NCBI GenBank assembly: GCA_041498815.1
Contig: JBGQJC010000001.1
Coordinates: forward strand, 49,773-113,772
Length of the DNA stretch: 64,000 nt
Source of the DNA: Alphaproteobacteria bacterium
Lineage (GTDB): Bacteria > Pseudomonadota > Alphaproteobacteria > DATDPM01
Direction: 5' to 3'
This document shows positions 46,210 to 55,772 of this stretch, one piece after another (the first letter of the stretch is position 1; each line of letters starts with the position of its first letter). The notes under the pieces were generated by a model. The model worked only from the letters and a program-made list of their open reading frames with translations, made no database searches and was not told the DNA's origin. Both the position numbers and the translations under genes were made by a program.

Positions 46210-46665
46210 CTAGTCCGGCTCCTGCGGTTTCAGGTGCGGCAAGAGCTTGCGCGCGAATTCCGGAGTGATGTGGGCGAAGAGCTCTTTGTCGAAGGTCGCG
46301 CCCATCGCCGCCTCGAGGAAATAAGTTTGCCCGGCCGCGGCGTTCACCGTCAGATCCGGAATCATCGGCAGTCCATCGCAGGTAAACGTGTGGCGGCCGG
46401 GCGCGATCTGAACGACCGCGTAGCGCCTTTGGTCCAAGGTCACGATCTTCCGCTCGCCGTCATAGATCGTCTTGGACGATCCGAATACGGTCGGCGTACT
46501 CATGTTGAGCACGTAGAGGGCCGCCATTCCGGGAGCGGGCGCTTCGATTTGCGGCGGCGCGGAAGCCCGGTTCGCGCAGCCGGACGCCATCAGCGCGGCG
46601 GCCAACAGCGCGGCAAGATTCCGGCGGCGCCGGTTAGGACCGGAACAGGGCAAAGTAGAGGACAT
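46210..46665 (-). CDS. DUF2846-like lipoprotein
   Basis: Internal start MSSTLPC...LMASGC with a lipobox, and a conserved ...YAVVQIAPGRHTF... core. Confidence 0.55.
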   Translation of the reverse strand: MSSTLPCSGPNRRRRNLAALLAAALMASGCANRASAPPQIEAPAPGMAALYVLNMSTPTVFGSSKTIYDGERKIVTLDQRRYAVVQIAPGRHTFTCDGLPMIPDLTVNAAAGQTYFLEAAMGATFDKELFAHITPEFARKLLPHLKPQEPD

Positions 46666-46810
46666 ACAGCCAGCCCAGGACTCCGTGGATAATGGCCCAA
46701 AGGATGGAATGGTTCGCGGTATAAGAAATCGCGATCGCCAGCGCCGAGCCGAAGCCGATGCCGTATTTCGCGCCTTCGACACGGAAACTATAGGCTTGGA
46801 CTCCGTTCAT
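46634..46810 (-). CDS. YqaE/Pmp3-family small membrane proteolipid (58 aa)
   Basis: ATG preceded by GGGGAGGAAGG. The protein is MNGVQAYSFRVEGAKYGIGFGSALAIAISYTANHSILWAIIHGVLGWLYVLYFALFRS. Its 3' end overlaps the next start by about 30 nt in another frame. Confidence 0.5.
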   Translation of the reverse strand: MNGVQAYSFRVEGAKYGIGFGSALAIAISYTANHSILWAIIHGVLGWLYVLYFALFRS

Positions 46811-46896
46811 GCCTTCCTCCCCGATTGCGATGCCCGGGGCGCCATCAAATTTGCCCGCCCGAGCGAGAAGGGCAACCGGCATCGAACGACCCTTCG

Positions 46897-47931
46897 TCAA
46901 TGCCCGGGATTTTGACGATCGGCCGGAAGGCGGTCAATAAGCGGTGCAACCTGTTCGGCGACCAGCGCGTTGCCGTTCTCATTCAAGTGCGGATCCACGG
47001 CGAAATAGTCGCTCTTGTCGAAAAGAGGCGCCAGGTCGACGACGTTTCGAGCGCCGTTCTCGGTCAGCAACGCGAGGAGGGTTCGGTGCGGGTTAACGAA
47101 TTTGGGATTGCCGTCGTAAAATCTCTTGTCGGGGATCACGAAATAAACGACCGGTACTTTCGCGGCGATGACATCGAACGCTTTGAATACCGTTGCCGCC
47201 TTGTTCTCGGGTACGACCTCACCGGGCCGTCCAAAGACGAACGTCAACATTCGTTCGGCGTGCCGTACGATTGAAGTCAGCAAATAGCTGTTCCGCACGA
47301 CCGGCCAGGATTCATAGGCCGTGATTTGAATGAAGCGCCCGTTGACATCCGAATAGAGTCGCTCGGTCTGGACGCGGATGGGTCCGCCGTTTTCGTCCAC
47401 GCCGAGCCAATGGTTTATTTCGAAATCCCTTGAGTCACTGAACGTGGTGACGAACATGATCAAGAGATCCGGTTGAAGTTGCAGACCTTCCTTCGTGACG
47501 TATGCGTAATAAGTGTCGGGAGAATAAGCGTCGTGAAAGCCGGCGTTGATGACCTCGATCCCGTTGTTTCGAAACTTGGAAGCAAGTATTGCGGCGAAGC
47601 TCTTGTTGTCTCCCATTCCATATCCCACGGCAACGGAATCACCAAGCAGGATAATGCGTTTTACGCCGGCCGGTTTGGCCACCGACTTCGGAAATTCACC
47701 GAGGTAGCCGAGCGTGTTGGTGCGGTAGGTGACGTCGTATTCCGGCGCCACATGGCGAAAAGTCAGATTCGGAGCCAGGGTGAAGGGAAGATAATCGCTT
47801 TTCACCAGGAACTGCGGCATGGAATGTATGAAATACGGTCCAATGAGAATCCGAAGGCCGATTTCGGCAAGAACCAGGCAAACGACGATCGTTAGCGACA
47901 GCAGCATCAGATTCTTCGTCCGGTCGTTCAT
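46897..47931 (-). CDS. SGNH/GDSL hydrolase-type esterase
   Basis: N-terminal TM, block I LLGDSVAVGYG and block V DPHLNENGNALVAEQV. Somewhat AT-richer than its neighbours. Confidence 0.75.
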   Translation of the reverse strand: MNDRTKNLMLLSLTIVVCLVLAEIGLRILIGPYFIHSMPQFLVKSDYLPFTLAPNLTFRHVAPEYDVTYRTNTLGYLGEFPKSVAKPAGVKRIILLGDSVAVGYGMGDNKSFAAILASKFRNNGIEVINAGFHDAYSPDTYYAYVTKEGLQLQPDLLIMFVTTFSDSRDFEINHWLGVDENGGPIRVQTERLYSDVNGRFIQITAYESWPVVRNSYLLTSIVRHAERMLTFVFGRPGEVVPENKAATVFKAFDVIAAKVPVVYFVIPDKRFYDGNPKFVNPHRTLLALLTENGARNVVDLAPLFDKSDYFAVDPHLNENGNALVAEQVAPLIDRLPADRQNPGH

Positions 47932-47969
47932 TTATCGCTCCGTGGAGCCGGCGGGATTGGCGCACATGG

Positions 47970-49805
47970 CTAGTCGGGATCGAAGACATTTCTGTAATCG
48001 CGCTTAAGCGACGGGTTCTGCTCGCTTTTCACGAGATAGAGATTGCCCACCGCCAGCGAGTCCAATTCGGTGCCCATGAAGCAGCGGAACGCATCCTCGG
48101 GCGTGCACACGATCGGTTCGCCGCGCACGTTGAAACTGGTGTTGCACAGCACGGGACAGCCGGTCTTCGCCTTGAAGACCGAGAGCAAGGCGTGGAAGCG
48201 CGGGTTAGTCTCGCCGTGGACGGTTTGGATGCGCGCCGAGTAGTCGACGTGGGTCACCGCGGGTATTTCGGAGCGCGGCACCTTGAGCTTCTCGATGCCG
48301 AAAAGCTTCTGCTCTTGCGCCGTCATCTGGCGCCGGCGGCGCTTCGCCACGTCGGCAACCAGCAGCATGTAAGGGCTGTCGGTGTCGAGATCGAACCAAT
48401 CGGAGACGTCGTCCCGCAACACGGCGGGCGCGAACGGGCGGAACGATTCGCGGTACTTGACCTTGAGGTTGAGGGCCGATTGCATTTCGGGCCGGCGCGC
48501 GTCGGCGAGGATCGAGCGATTGCCGAGCGCCCGCGGCCCGAACTCCATGCGGCCCTGGAACCAGCCGAGCACCTTGCCGTCCGCCAGATCCGCGGCCGCG
48601 CGCGCGATGACCGCGTCGCCGCCGAGCCGCAGGAAACGGGCGCCCGCGGCTTCGAGCCGTTTGGCGCTGTCATCGTCGTCGAATTCGGGACCGAGATAGG
48701 CGCCGCTCATGCCGTCCTGCCGGTTGGCGACCTGGCGCGGGCGATCCTTGTAGACGTGATAGGCGGCGAGTGCGGCGCCCAAGGCCCCGCCGGCGTCCCC
48801 GGCCGCGGGCTGGATCCAGATGCGCTTGAATTTGCCGTCGCGCAAAATCTTGCCGTTCGCGACGCAGTTGAGCGCGACGCCGCCGGCAAGGCACAGATTT
48901 TCCGCGCCGGTCTCGCTTGCTATGCCGCGCGTGAGGCGCAGCACGATTTCCTCGGTCACGGTCTGGATCGACGCGGCGAGATCCATGTGGCGCTGCGAGA
49001 GCGCCTCATCGGCTTTACGCGCCGGCCCGCCGAGCAGCCGGTCGAATTTGCCGCTGGTCATCCGCAGGCCGGTGCAATAGTCGAAATACGACTGGTCGAG
49101 GCGGAAAGTGCCGTCGGGCTTGAGGTCGACGAGATTCTCGAGAATGAGCTTGGTGTATTTGGGCTCGCCGTAAGGGGCAAGACCCATGAGCTTGTATTCT
49201 CCCGAATTGACCTTGAAGCCGGTGTAATAGGTGAAGGCCGAGTACAAGAGGCCGAGCGAATGGGGGAAGTGCAATTCCTTCACCATCTCGAGATGGTTCC
49301 TGCTTCCGAACCCGACCGAGGTCGTCGCCCACTCGCCGACGCCGTCCATGGTCAGGATCACCGCTTCTTCAAACGGAGAGGGAAAGAAGGCGGACGCCGC
49401 GTGGCTTTGGTGATGTTCGCCGAAGAGAAGCCGGTTCTGCCAGTCGTAGTCCGCCGCGAATTTCCCGAGCTCGTCGCGCAGGAGCTGCTTCTGGAACAGC
49501 TTTTCGCGCAGCCAAAGCGGGATCGCCATGCGGAAGGACGCGAATCCCCTGGGCGCGAAGGAAAGATAGGTTTCGAGCAGGCGCTCGAACTTCAGGAACG
49601 GCTTGTCGTAGAAGACGACGTGGTCGACCGAATCCAGCGAGATCCCGCCTGCCCGCAAACAGTATTCGATCGCGTGGCGGGGAAAGCCGGCATCGTGCTT
49701 CTTGCGCGTGAAACGCTCTTCCTGGGCCGCGGCCACGATGGCGCCGTCCCGGAGAAGGGCGGCGGCGCTGTCGTGGTAGAAGGCGGAAATGCCGAGGATG
49801 TGCAT
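47970..49805 (-). CDS. carbamoyltransferase (NodU/CmcH family)
   Basis: MHILGISAFYHDSAAAL starts a Kae1/YgjD-like fold. The C-terminal domain is the carbamoyltransferase domain. Confidence 0.9.
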   Translation of the reverse strand: MHILGISAFYHDSAAALLRDGAIVAAAQEERFTRKKHDAGFPRHAIEYCLRAGGISLDSVDHVVFYDKPFLKFERLLETYLSFAPRGFASFRMAIPLWLREKLFQKQLLRDELGKFAADYDWQNRLLFGEHHQSHAASAFFPSPFEEAVILTMDGVGEWATTSVGFGSRNHLEMVKELHFPHSLGLLYSAFTYYTGFKVNSGEYKLMGLAPYGEPKYTKLILENLVDLKPDGTFRLDQSYFDYCTGLRMTSGKFDRLLGGPARKADEALSQRHMDLAASIQTVTEEIVLRLTRGIASETGAENLCLAGGVALNCVANGKILRDGKFKRIWIQPAAGDAGGALGAALAAYHVYKDRPRQVANRQDGMSGAYLGPEFDDDDSAKRLEAAGARFLRLGGDAVIARAAADLADGKVLGWFQGRMEFGPRALGNRSILADARRPEMQSALNLKVKYRESFRPFAPAVLRDDVSDWFDLDTDSPYMLLVADVAKRRRRQMTAQEQKLFGIEKLKVPRSEIPAVTHVDYSARIQTVHGETNPRFHALLSVFKAKTGCPVLCNTSFNVRGEPIVCTPEDAFRCFMGTELDSLAVGNLYLVKSEQNPSLKRDYRNVFDPD

Positions 49806-49822
49806 CCTGCGGGCGGCCGCGA

Positions 49823-49975
49823 TCAGAAGAGCGTGTAAATGAAGGGGGCGACCGCGGAGCCCATGGTGAGCGCGATGAGCCCGCCGAATATCACCATCAT
49901 GACGAGGACCGGCAGCAACCAATATTTTTTGCGCACCCTCAGGAACATCCAAATCTCGGACAGAAACGAAAGCAT
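49823..49975 (-). CDS. DUF5989 family small membrane protein (50 aa)
   Basis: MLSFLSEIWMFLRVRKKYWLLPVLVMMVIFGGLIALTMGSAVAPFIYTLF. Its start lies 2 bp after the SxtJ-like stop. Confidence 0.7.
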   Translation of the reverse strand: MLSFLSEIWMFLRVRKKYWLLPVLVMMVIFGGLIALTMGSAVAPFIYTLF

Positions 49976-49977
49976 GT

Positions 49978-50415
49978 TCAGAACTGATTCTTCATCGATT
50001 CGGGAGGCGGCCCCGGCGGGTTCCGCGGGATCCAGTAGCTGGCGGCGGCGGCATCCCGTCGCAACCGGAGGGGATCGTTTCCGAACGCGCGCATGAGCAC
50101 GCCGACTGGGGTCACGAAAAGATAGTAAAGCAGCCCGAGGAAAACCGGACTGACGATGCGGTTGAGCAGGAGGCCGAGCCCGGTCCAGAGGCGGTTGAGC
50201 GGCGCCAGACCATCCGGCCAGGCCAGTGCCAGGACCAGGAACAGGGCCGAAAGCCCGAGCGCCCACCAGCGCACCGGTCCATGCCCTTCCAGGACCAAGG
50301 GGGCTAGAGCCACGATCGCGAAGAAGGCGGCCATGACCAGCCCGAAGGTGCGATCGGAGGAGCCGTGGATCTCCTCGGGCCGGCTGAAATCCTCGTGCAT
50401 TCGGGACCGTTCCAT
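49978..50415 (-). CDS. SxtJ-like membrane protein
   Basis: About three TM helices. This protein is the usual partner of DUF5989 and a carbamoyltransferase in this conserved gene trio. Confidence 0.6.
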   Translation of the reverse strand: MERSRMHEDFSRPEEIHGSSDRTFGLVMAAFFAIVALAPLVLEGHGPVRWWALGLSALFLVLALAWPDGLAPLNRLWTGLGLLLNRIVSPVFLGLLYYLFVTPVGVLMRAFGNDPLRLRRDAAAASYWIPRNPPGPPPESMKNQF

Positions 50416-50714
50416 TTAGTGGGACGTTGCCAGGGTATTAAGTATCTTGTTAAAGATTTGAAGGGAAGAGCCAAGGGAATCGCGATCGAAGCGGGCGGAT
50501 CGATGCCAGGGGGGTGGCCTTTTGTCCAGCGCCGCGAGGGGCTTGCCGGGCGCTTCCCGGGTATGGCGGATTGCCGGACCGGAACAGGAAACTCCGGAGC
50601 CCCTTTTGAGCCGATGACGATCGCGTCGAGCGAGACCCCTTGCGGCGGTAAGTTCACGCGCCCGCACATAGCCTGAGTTGCGTGAACCATTGGCCTGGAG
50701 GGCCAGGCAAGGGC

Positions 50715-51695
50715 ATGCCGTCGAAAATCAAATCCATTCTGTCTTCCGCGGCGCTGGCCGCCGTTTCGGTGGCCGTTTCGCTTGGCGCCGCCGAGGGCAT
50801 CTTGCGGATCAAGAACGCATCGATGACCAATTACGACATCGAGATGTGGCGTTACGCCAAGGAGCTGAAGATCCGCAGCGACGATCCCGCGCTCGACTTC
50901 GACCATTTGAAATCGAAATCCGCCGTCCTCGAGAACGTCGCCATACGGCTCAACGATTGGGGCTTGCGCGGCGGACCCATAGCACCCGCGCCCGGCAGGC
51001 GCATCCTCTTTCTCGGCGGGTCGATTACCTTGGGCTGGGGCGTGGCCGAAGAGGACACGGTCGAGGCCAGGCTCGAAAAGATGCTGGCCGGCCAAAAAGC
51101 CGAGGTCCTCAACGGCGGGGTCGGCAACTACAACGCCGAGCGTTACGTATCGCGCTTCTTTCACGAACTCACCGGGCTGAAGCCCACCGATATCGTCGTG
51201 CACTATTTTCTGCGGGATGCCGAGGATCTGCCGCCGGGCGGCGGGAACTTTCTGCTGCGGCACAGCGAGCTCGCGGTCACCTTGTGGATCGCCGCCCACA
51301 GGACGTTCGACAAATCCGGGGAGGCGTCGCTGGTGGAGCATTACCGGCAAGCGTACCGGCCGGACGCCCCCGGATTCCTCAAGATGAAGGACGAGCTGAA
51401 AAAGCTCGCCGATTACGCCAAAGAGAACGGCATCCGCATCTACCTCGCCATGGTCCCCGACGTCCACGACTTGATCGATTACAAGTTCGCATTCGTGCAT
51501 GACATCATGCGCCGGATCGCGGAGACGGACGGCTATACCTACATCGACCTGTTGCCCGCCTTGCAAGGGCGGCCGCCGCAGGAACTCTGGGCTATGCCGG
51601 GCGACCCGCACCCCAATGCGCTGGGCCACGAAGCAATGGCGCAGGCGATTTTTCCGGCGATCGCGAAAACGGGCGAGAGCCCAAGCGGCCGATGA
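50715..51695 (+). CDS. SGNH/GDSL hydrolase (AlgX/AlgJ-like, alternative start at 50682)
   Basis: N-terminal signal/anchor, block I LFLGGSITLGWG and block V GDPHPNALGH. Confidence 0.75.
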   Translation: MPSKIKSILSSAALAAVSVAVSLGAAEGILRIKNASMTNYDIEMWRYAKELKIRSDDPALDFDHLKSKSAVLENVAIRLNDWGLRGGPIAPAPGRRILFLGGSITLGWGVAEEDTVEARLEKMLAGQKAEVLNGGVGNYNAERYVSRFFHELTGLKPTDIVVHYFLRDAEDLPPGGGNFLLRHSELAVTLWIAAHRTFDKSGEASLVEHYRQAYRPDAPGFLKMKDELKKLADYAKENGIRIYLAMVPDVHDLIDYKFAFVHDIMRRIAETDGYTYIDLLPALQGRPPQELWAMPGDPHPNALGHEAMAQAIFPAIAKTGESPSGR

Positions 51696-51734
51696 GCGCG
51701 GACGCTCGATCCACCCGGAAAGGCTCGAGCCGCC

Positions 51735-53129
51735 ATGCTCTTTAGCTCGCCCGTTTTTTTCCTGTTCTTCGCCGCGTATTTTTTGCTGCATCTCGTGGTT
51801 CCCAAGCGCTTCAGGATTTATCTGATCATCGCCGGCAGCACGGTTTTCTACGCCTGGTGGCGGCCGGAATATGCCTGGATCCCGTATCTGCTGATGGCGA
51901 CGGCGTTCGGCGGCGCGCTGTGGATGGGGCAAGCGGATAGCCGCGGCCGGCGCAAGCGGCGCGTCCTATGCACCATCGCCGCGCTGTTCCTCCCCCTCCT
52001 CTTCTTCAAATACACGAATTTCATCTACCGCGACGTGATCGGCCCGTTCATCGGCAACCACGACAAGCTCATGGATCTCCCGCTGCCGCTTGGCGTGTCG
52101 TTCATCACCTTCACCCTCACGGCCTACGTCGTGGATGCGTTCAAGGGCAAGTTTGCCGTGAGCCGGTCGGCTTCGACGGTGCTTGGCTATGTGCTCTTCT
52201 TTCCCCATTTGATTGCCGGCCCGATTCTGCGGCCCGCCGACCTCATTCCGCAACTCGAACGCCCAAAGCCGGCGGCCCTTCGCCGCGCCGCGGTGCCGAT
52301 CGCGATCTTCACGCTCGGTCTCGTCAAAAAGCTGGTGTTCGCCGATCAGATCGGCGAGGCCGTCAACACGATTTACGCCCAGGCCGGGCCGAGCGGCCCG
52401 GCCACGCTGCTCGCGATCTACGGTTTCGCGGTCCAGATATACTGCGACTTCAGCGGCTATACCGACATGGCCATTGGTCTCGCGCTTATGCTCGGCATCC
52501 GGCTGCCGAACAATTTCCTCCGGCCTTACGCTTCAGAATCCCTGATCGATTTCTGGCAGCGGTGGCACATCACCCTTTCCTATTGGCTGCGGGATTATCT
52601 CTATATCCCGCTCGGCGGCAACCGCGGCAGCCGCGTCCGGCAGGCCGGCAACGTCATGATCACCATGGTGCTGGGCGGGCTTTGGCACGGCGCGAATTGG
52701 ACTTTCGTGATCTGGGGCATGCTCCACGGCATCGGCGTCGTTTTCGTGCAAGCGCTGAAACGGGATTTTCCCGGGCATTGGCTGCTTCGGATGCCGCGGT
52801 GGCTGGGCGTGTTCGTCACCTTCCACTTCGTCACCCTGGCTTGGGTATTTTTCCGGGCCGAAAGCCTTGGCAAGGCGCTCGCCATGCTCGCCGCCCCGTT
52901 TGCGGGCGGCTGGGAAAACGCTTACCCCGTGTTCGCCGCGAATGTTTTGCCGATCCTGCTGATCGTGATGTTCTTCGGCGTGCACCGTTACGACGATCAC
53001 CGCCGCATCAAGGCCGCGGTCCGGTACGTGCGCCCCGAAATCGTCTGGCCCGCGATCTTGCTCGGCTGGATTATCGCGATCGCGCTCAGCCAAGGCAGCT
53101 CGGCCAAGTTCATCTATTTCGATTTCTGA
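51735..53129 (+). CDS. MBOAT family membrane-bound O-acyltransferase (AlgI/DltB-like)
   Basis: Polytopic. It has the invariant His in the WHITLS..LRDY block and the GGLWHGA block. Confidence 0.9.
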   Translation: MLFSSPVFFLFFAAYFLLHLVVPKRFRIYLIIAGSTVFYAWWRPEYAWIPYLLMATAFGGALWMGQADSRGRRKRRVLCTIAALFLPLLFFKYTNFIYRDVIGPFIGNHDKLMDLPLPLGVSFITFTLTAYVVDAFKGKFAVSRSASTVLGYVLFFPHLIAGPILRPADLIPQLERPKPAALRRAAVPIAIFTLGLVKKLVFADQIGEAVNTIYAQAGPSGPATLLAIYGFAVQIYCDFSGYTDMAIGLALMLGIRLPNNFLRPYASESLIDFWQRWHITLSYWLRDYLYIPLGGNRGSRVRQAGNVMITMVLGGLWHGANWTFVIWGMLHGIGVVFVQALKRDFPGHWLLRMPRWLGVFVTFHFVTLAWVFFRAESLGKALAMLAAPFAGGWENAYPVFAANVLPILLIVMFFGVHRYDDHRRIKAAVRYVRPEIVWPAILLGWIIAIALSQGSSAKFIYFDF

Positions 53130-53181
53130 GAATCAAAGACGAGGGCACGGGCGCCGTCCGGGCGGCGGTTGCTTCGGGACT

Positions 53182-54075
53182 TTAGGTTCGGCAGTAGCTC
53201 GGGACCCAGCTTCTCTCGACCATGCCCGGCGGCATGCCGGTGTAGTTGAAGGCGAGTCCGTCCTCGACCATGCGGTCGATATCGAAGATGCGCTTCGCCT
53301 CGGGAATATCGTGGTAGAAGGCGCGGAACAGCGGACCGACCAGCAGCCGGGCGAATCTGATTCCGATCGGCCCGATGAAATTGCGCCGCTGTCCGACATG
53401 GGCAAGCTCATCGACCATGATCTCGTGCAGCAGGTCGCGAATGCGCGTTTTCGCCTCGGGCTCGTCGGCGAGGATGTCGTCGAGCACCGCATCGAGGTGG
53501 CGATAGAAGACGATGCCCATCAATTCGGTCACGAAGGCCGGGGCGTCGAGCAAGGCAGCCGGAAAATACGGGAACACCCGGTAGATCCGCCCCATGATCG
53601 GGCCGAGCGGCATCCATTTGACGTTTTCCAGGCGCATGGTCCGGAACATCTCGTGGAAGAAGCGCACATGGCAGAATTCCTCCGCCAGGTGGTAGCGCGT
53701 GATCTTGTCGGTGAGGCCGCGCGCCGCCGATATGGAAGGAACGGCGTCCCACGCGCCCGATATGCCGACCCATTCGTGGCGCGCGAATTTGTAGACGCAG
53801 GTGAGGAGCAAGGTGCGGCGGTCGAGTTTGCTTGGATCGTCGACGAGCTTGACGTAGTTCCGGTAGAAGGCGTCCGGATCGGCCAACGGCCGCCGGGAGC
53901 GCACCGGATTGTCCTGGAAATATTTGAGGCGCGCGCGCTTGAGGGTGAGATCCTTTTCGGCCTCGATGATCTCGCCGGAATGCCCCCGCGAAAATTCGAA
54001 ATAGGTCTCGAAGTTGGAGACCCGCTCGGTCGCGGTGCTGGGTGAAAATATCGAGCGGAAGGTCATCGGCGCCAT
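53182..54075 (-). CDS. hypothetical protein with ferritin-like di-iron carboxylate motifs
   Basis: Two ExxH elements, HLAEEFCH and MVDELAH, are about 90 aa apart. Confidence 0.45.
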   Translation of the reverse strand: MAPMTFRSIFSPSTATERVSNFETYFEFSRGHSGEIIEAEKDLTLKRARLKYFQDNPVRSRRPLADPDAFYRNYVKLVDDPSKLDRRTLLLTCVYKFARHEWVGISGAWDAVPSISAARGLTDKITRYHLAEEFCHVRFFHEMFRTMRLENVKWMPLGPIMGRIYRVFPYFPAALLDAPAFVTELMGIVFYRHLDAVLDDILADEPEAKTRIRDLLHEIMVDELAHVGQRRNFIGPIGIRFARLLVGPLFRAFYHDIPEAKRIFDIDRMVEDGLAFNYTGMPPGMVERSWVPSYCRT

Positions 54076-54336
54076 GAGGCCATCCTCGCAAAGAAGGCGT
54101 TAGAGGTTGCAGACAGGCATGCGAGACACCCCCGGCGAAGCCCCCGGCCACGGCCGGCATCTTGGGCCCCGGATAGACGGCATCCGAGCAGGCCGGATAA
54201 TAACGGACCCGGGCGGCCAACATCAATCGCTTCGATGCCGCGCTTGGTGGGGGGGCGCCCGAAGGAGACCGGTGGCTGCATCAATGCGTTGTCCGCGCGG
54301 TCGGAATGACTTAACATTGATAAAAGTGGCTGGAGG

Positions 54337-54846
54337 ATGATTATGCATATCAGACATTTGCGAACATCGGCGTCTTTGATCCTGGCCGTGAGCGTGGCGG
54401 CGATTCCGCTCTACGGTTGCGAATCGATCGAAAGGGAAACGGGGCTCAGCAAGGAAACCCAGACCGGTGCCGCCGGCGGGGCGGCCTTCGGCGGCATCAT
54501 CGCGGCGCTGGCCGGCGCCAATCCGGCGTGGATCGCGGCGAGCATACTCCTGGGCGGCGTTACGGGCGGCGTGATCGGCAATGCCCTCGGCAAGGAGGAT
54601 GCCCAAAAGCACGCCGACAACAATCTCCATTCCCTCGATACGCTTGGGGCGGGACAAAGCTCGACCTGGGAGGACAGCAAGACCGGCAACAGCGGCGGCA
54701 CCACCGTGACCGCCGTCAACAGCCGGCAGGACGGCACCATCTGCAAGTCCTATACCGAGACGGTGAAGACCAGCGCCAAGACCGTGACCCAGCAGGCGAC
54801 GGCCTGCAAGGCGCCCGGCGGCGGTTGGAAAGTGCAAGGGGCTTAA
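54337..54846 (+). CDS. outer-membrane lipoprotein, SlyB / 17-kDa surface antigen (glycine zipper) family
   Basis: Lipobox LYGC. The glycine zipper is GAAGGAAFGGIIAALAG...GGVTGGVIGNALG. Confidence 0.65.
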   Translation: MIMHIRHLRTSASLILAVSVAAIPLYGCESIERETGLSKETQTGAAGGAAFGGIIAALAGANPAWIAASILLGGVTGGVIGNALGKEDAQKHADNNLHSLDTLGAGQSSTWEDSKTGNSGGTTVTAVNSRQDGTICKSYTETVKTSAKTVTQQATACKAPGGGWKVQGA

Positions 54847-54967
54847 AGCCGGACGGAGAGACCGCTAAGGCCGGGGCCGCCGCGGACGGCGGCGGGATGC
54901 AACACGCCCGGCTTTTTGCCGGCGGCGGTCAGCCGCGCAAGTCGCCTTCGATACGGATGCCGTTTGG

Positions 54968-55360
54968 ATGCTGATCGTCGCGCGCATCGTCATTGGAATC
55001 TTCGGGCTCGCGGCCGCGAGCCAGTTCTTCCGGTTTGCCGTTTACCTGGTCTGGGGCGCGGTCGAAGGCAGATCGGACCCGCTGCTCATTTTTATCTTGG
55101 CGTTTCTGGGGCCGGTCATGTTCCTCGCCCTGTGGTTCGCGTTCTTTGGCGCAGACCCGGCCGAGCGGGCGCGGATGGGATTGACCTTGAAAATCGCCGC
55201 CGCCATCGGCGTCATTGGATTCCTGGGCGGCTTCATCTTGCCGATGATCTTGACGCCCGAGGCCAATCAGGGCCCGATGATGGGAATATTCCTCACCGGC
55301 CCGGCGGGATTGGCACTCGGGTGCATCGGCGGATTCATCTGGGCGCGGCGGTCCATGTGA
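54968..55360 (+). CDS. small membrane protein (hypothetical)
   Basis: Four hydrophobic helices. Confidence 0.5.
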   Translation: MLIVARIVIGIFGLAAASQFFRFAVYLVWGAVEGRSDPLLIFILAFLGPVMFLALWFAFFGADPAERARMGLTLKIAAAIGVIGFLGGFILPMILTPEANQGPMMGIFLTGPAGLALGCIGGFIWARRSM

Positions 55361-55641
55361 AATCAATTTTCAGGGCATCCGGACCAAAGCCGATTAATCC
55401 TTGGCGCACGGTGGCGGCGATCGGCGGCGGTGCCGCGCTGTCGCTAGCCGCGCTCGGGATCTTCGTCTATCTCGAATACGGCGACCTCGGTCTCGGCGCC
55501 AACGGCTATATCGCGCTCACGCTCGGCGCCATCGGCACCGCGCTGGTGGGCGTCGCCCTCATGTCCCTCGTTTTCCTGAGCGACCGGCTGGGCTACGACG
55601 ACGAAGTGGGGAAATTCCGTAAAGATTCGAAACGCCGCTAG
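55357..55641 (+). CDS. small membrane protein (GTG start overlapping the upstream stop, ATGTGA)
   Basis: In-frame GTG at 55357. The protein is VKSIFRASGPKPINPWRTVAAIGGGAALSLAALGIFVYLEYG... with 2-3 TM helices. Confidence 0.45.
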   Translation: MKSIFRASGPKPINPWRTVAAIGGGAALSLAALGIFVYLEYGDLGLGANGYIALTLGAIGTALVGVALMSLVFLSDRLGYDDEVGKFRKDSKRR

Positions 55642-55772
55642 GAGATTGGCCGGCTAAGGCGGCGCGGATTTTATTATCCAGGCACCGAACGCTTGCGCCG
55701 AGGCCGCCGTGGCATGGGCGGGCAAGGGCGGGTATATTCGGGCGGCCCGGTATCGCGAAATCAGGAGAAGCC

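Noticed and set aside
48192-51932. 548-aa (plus) and 542-aa (minus) ORFs antisense to the carbamoyltransferase and SGNH/MBOAT genes
   Set aside because: Antisense artefacts.
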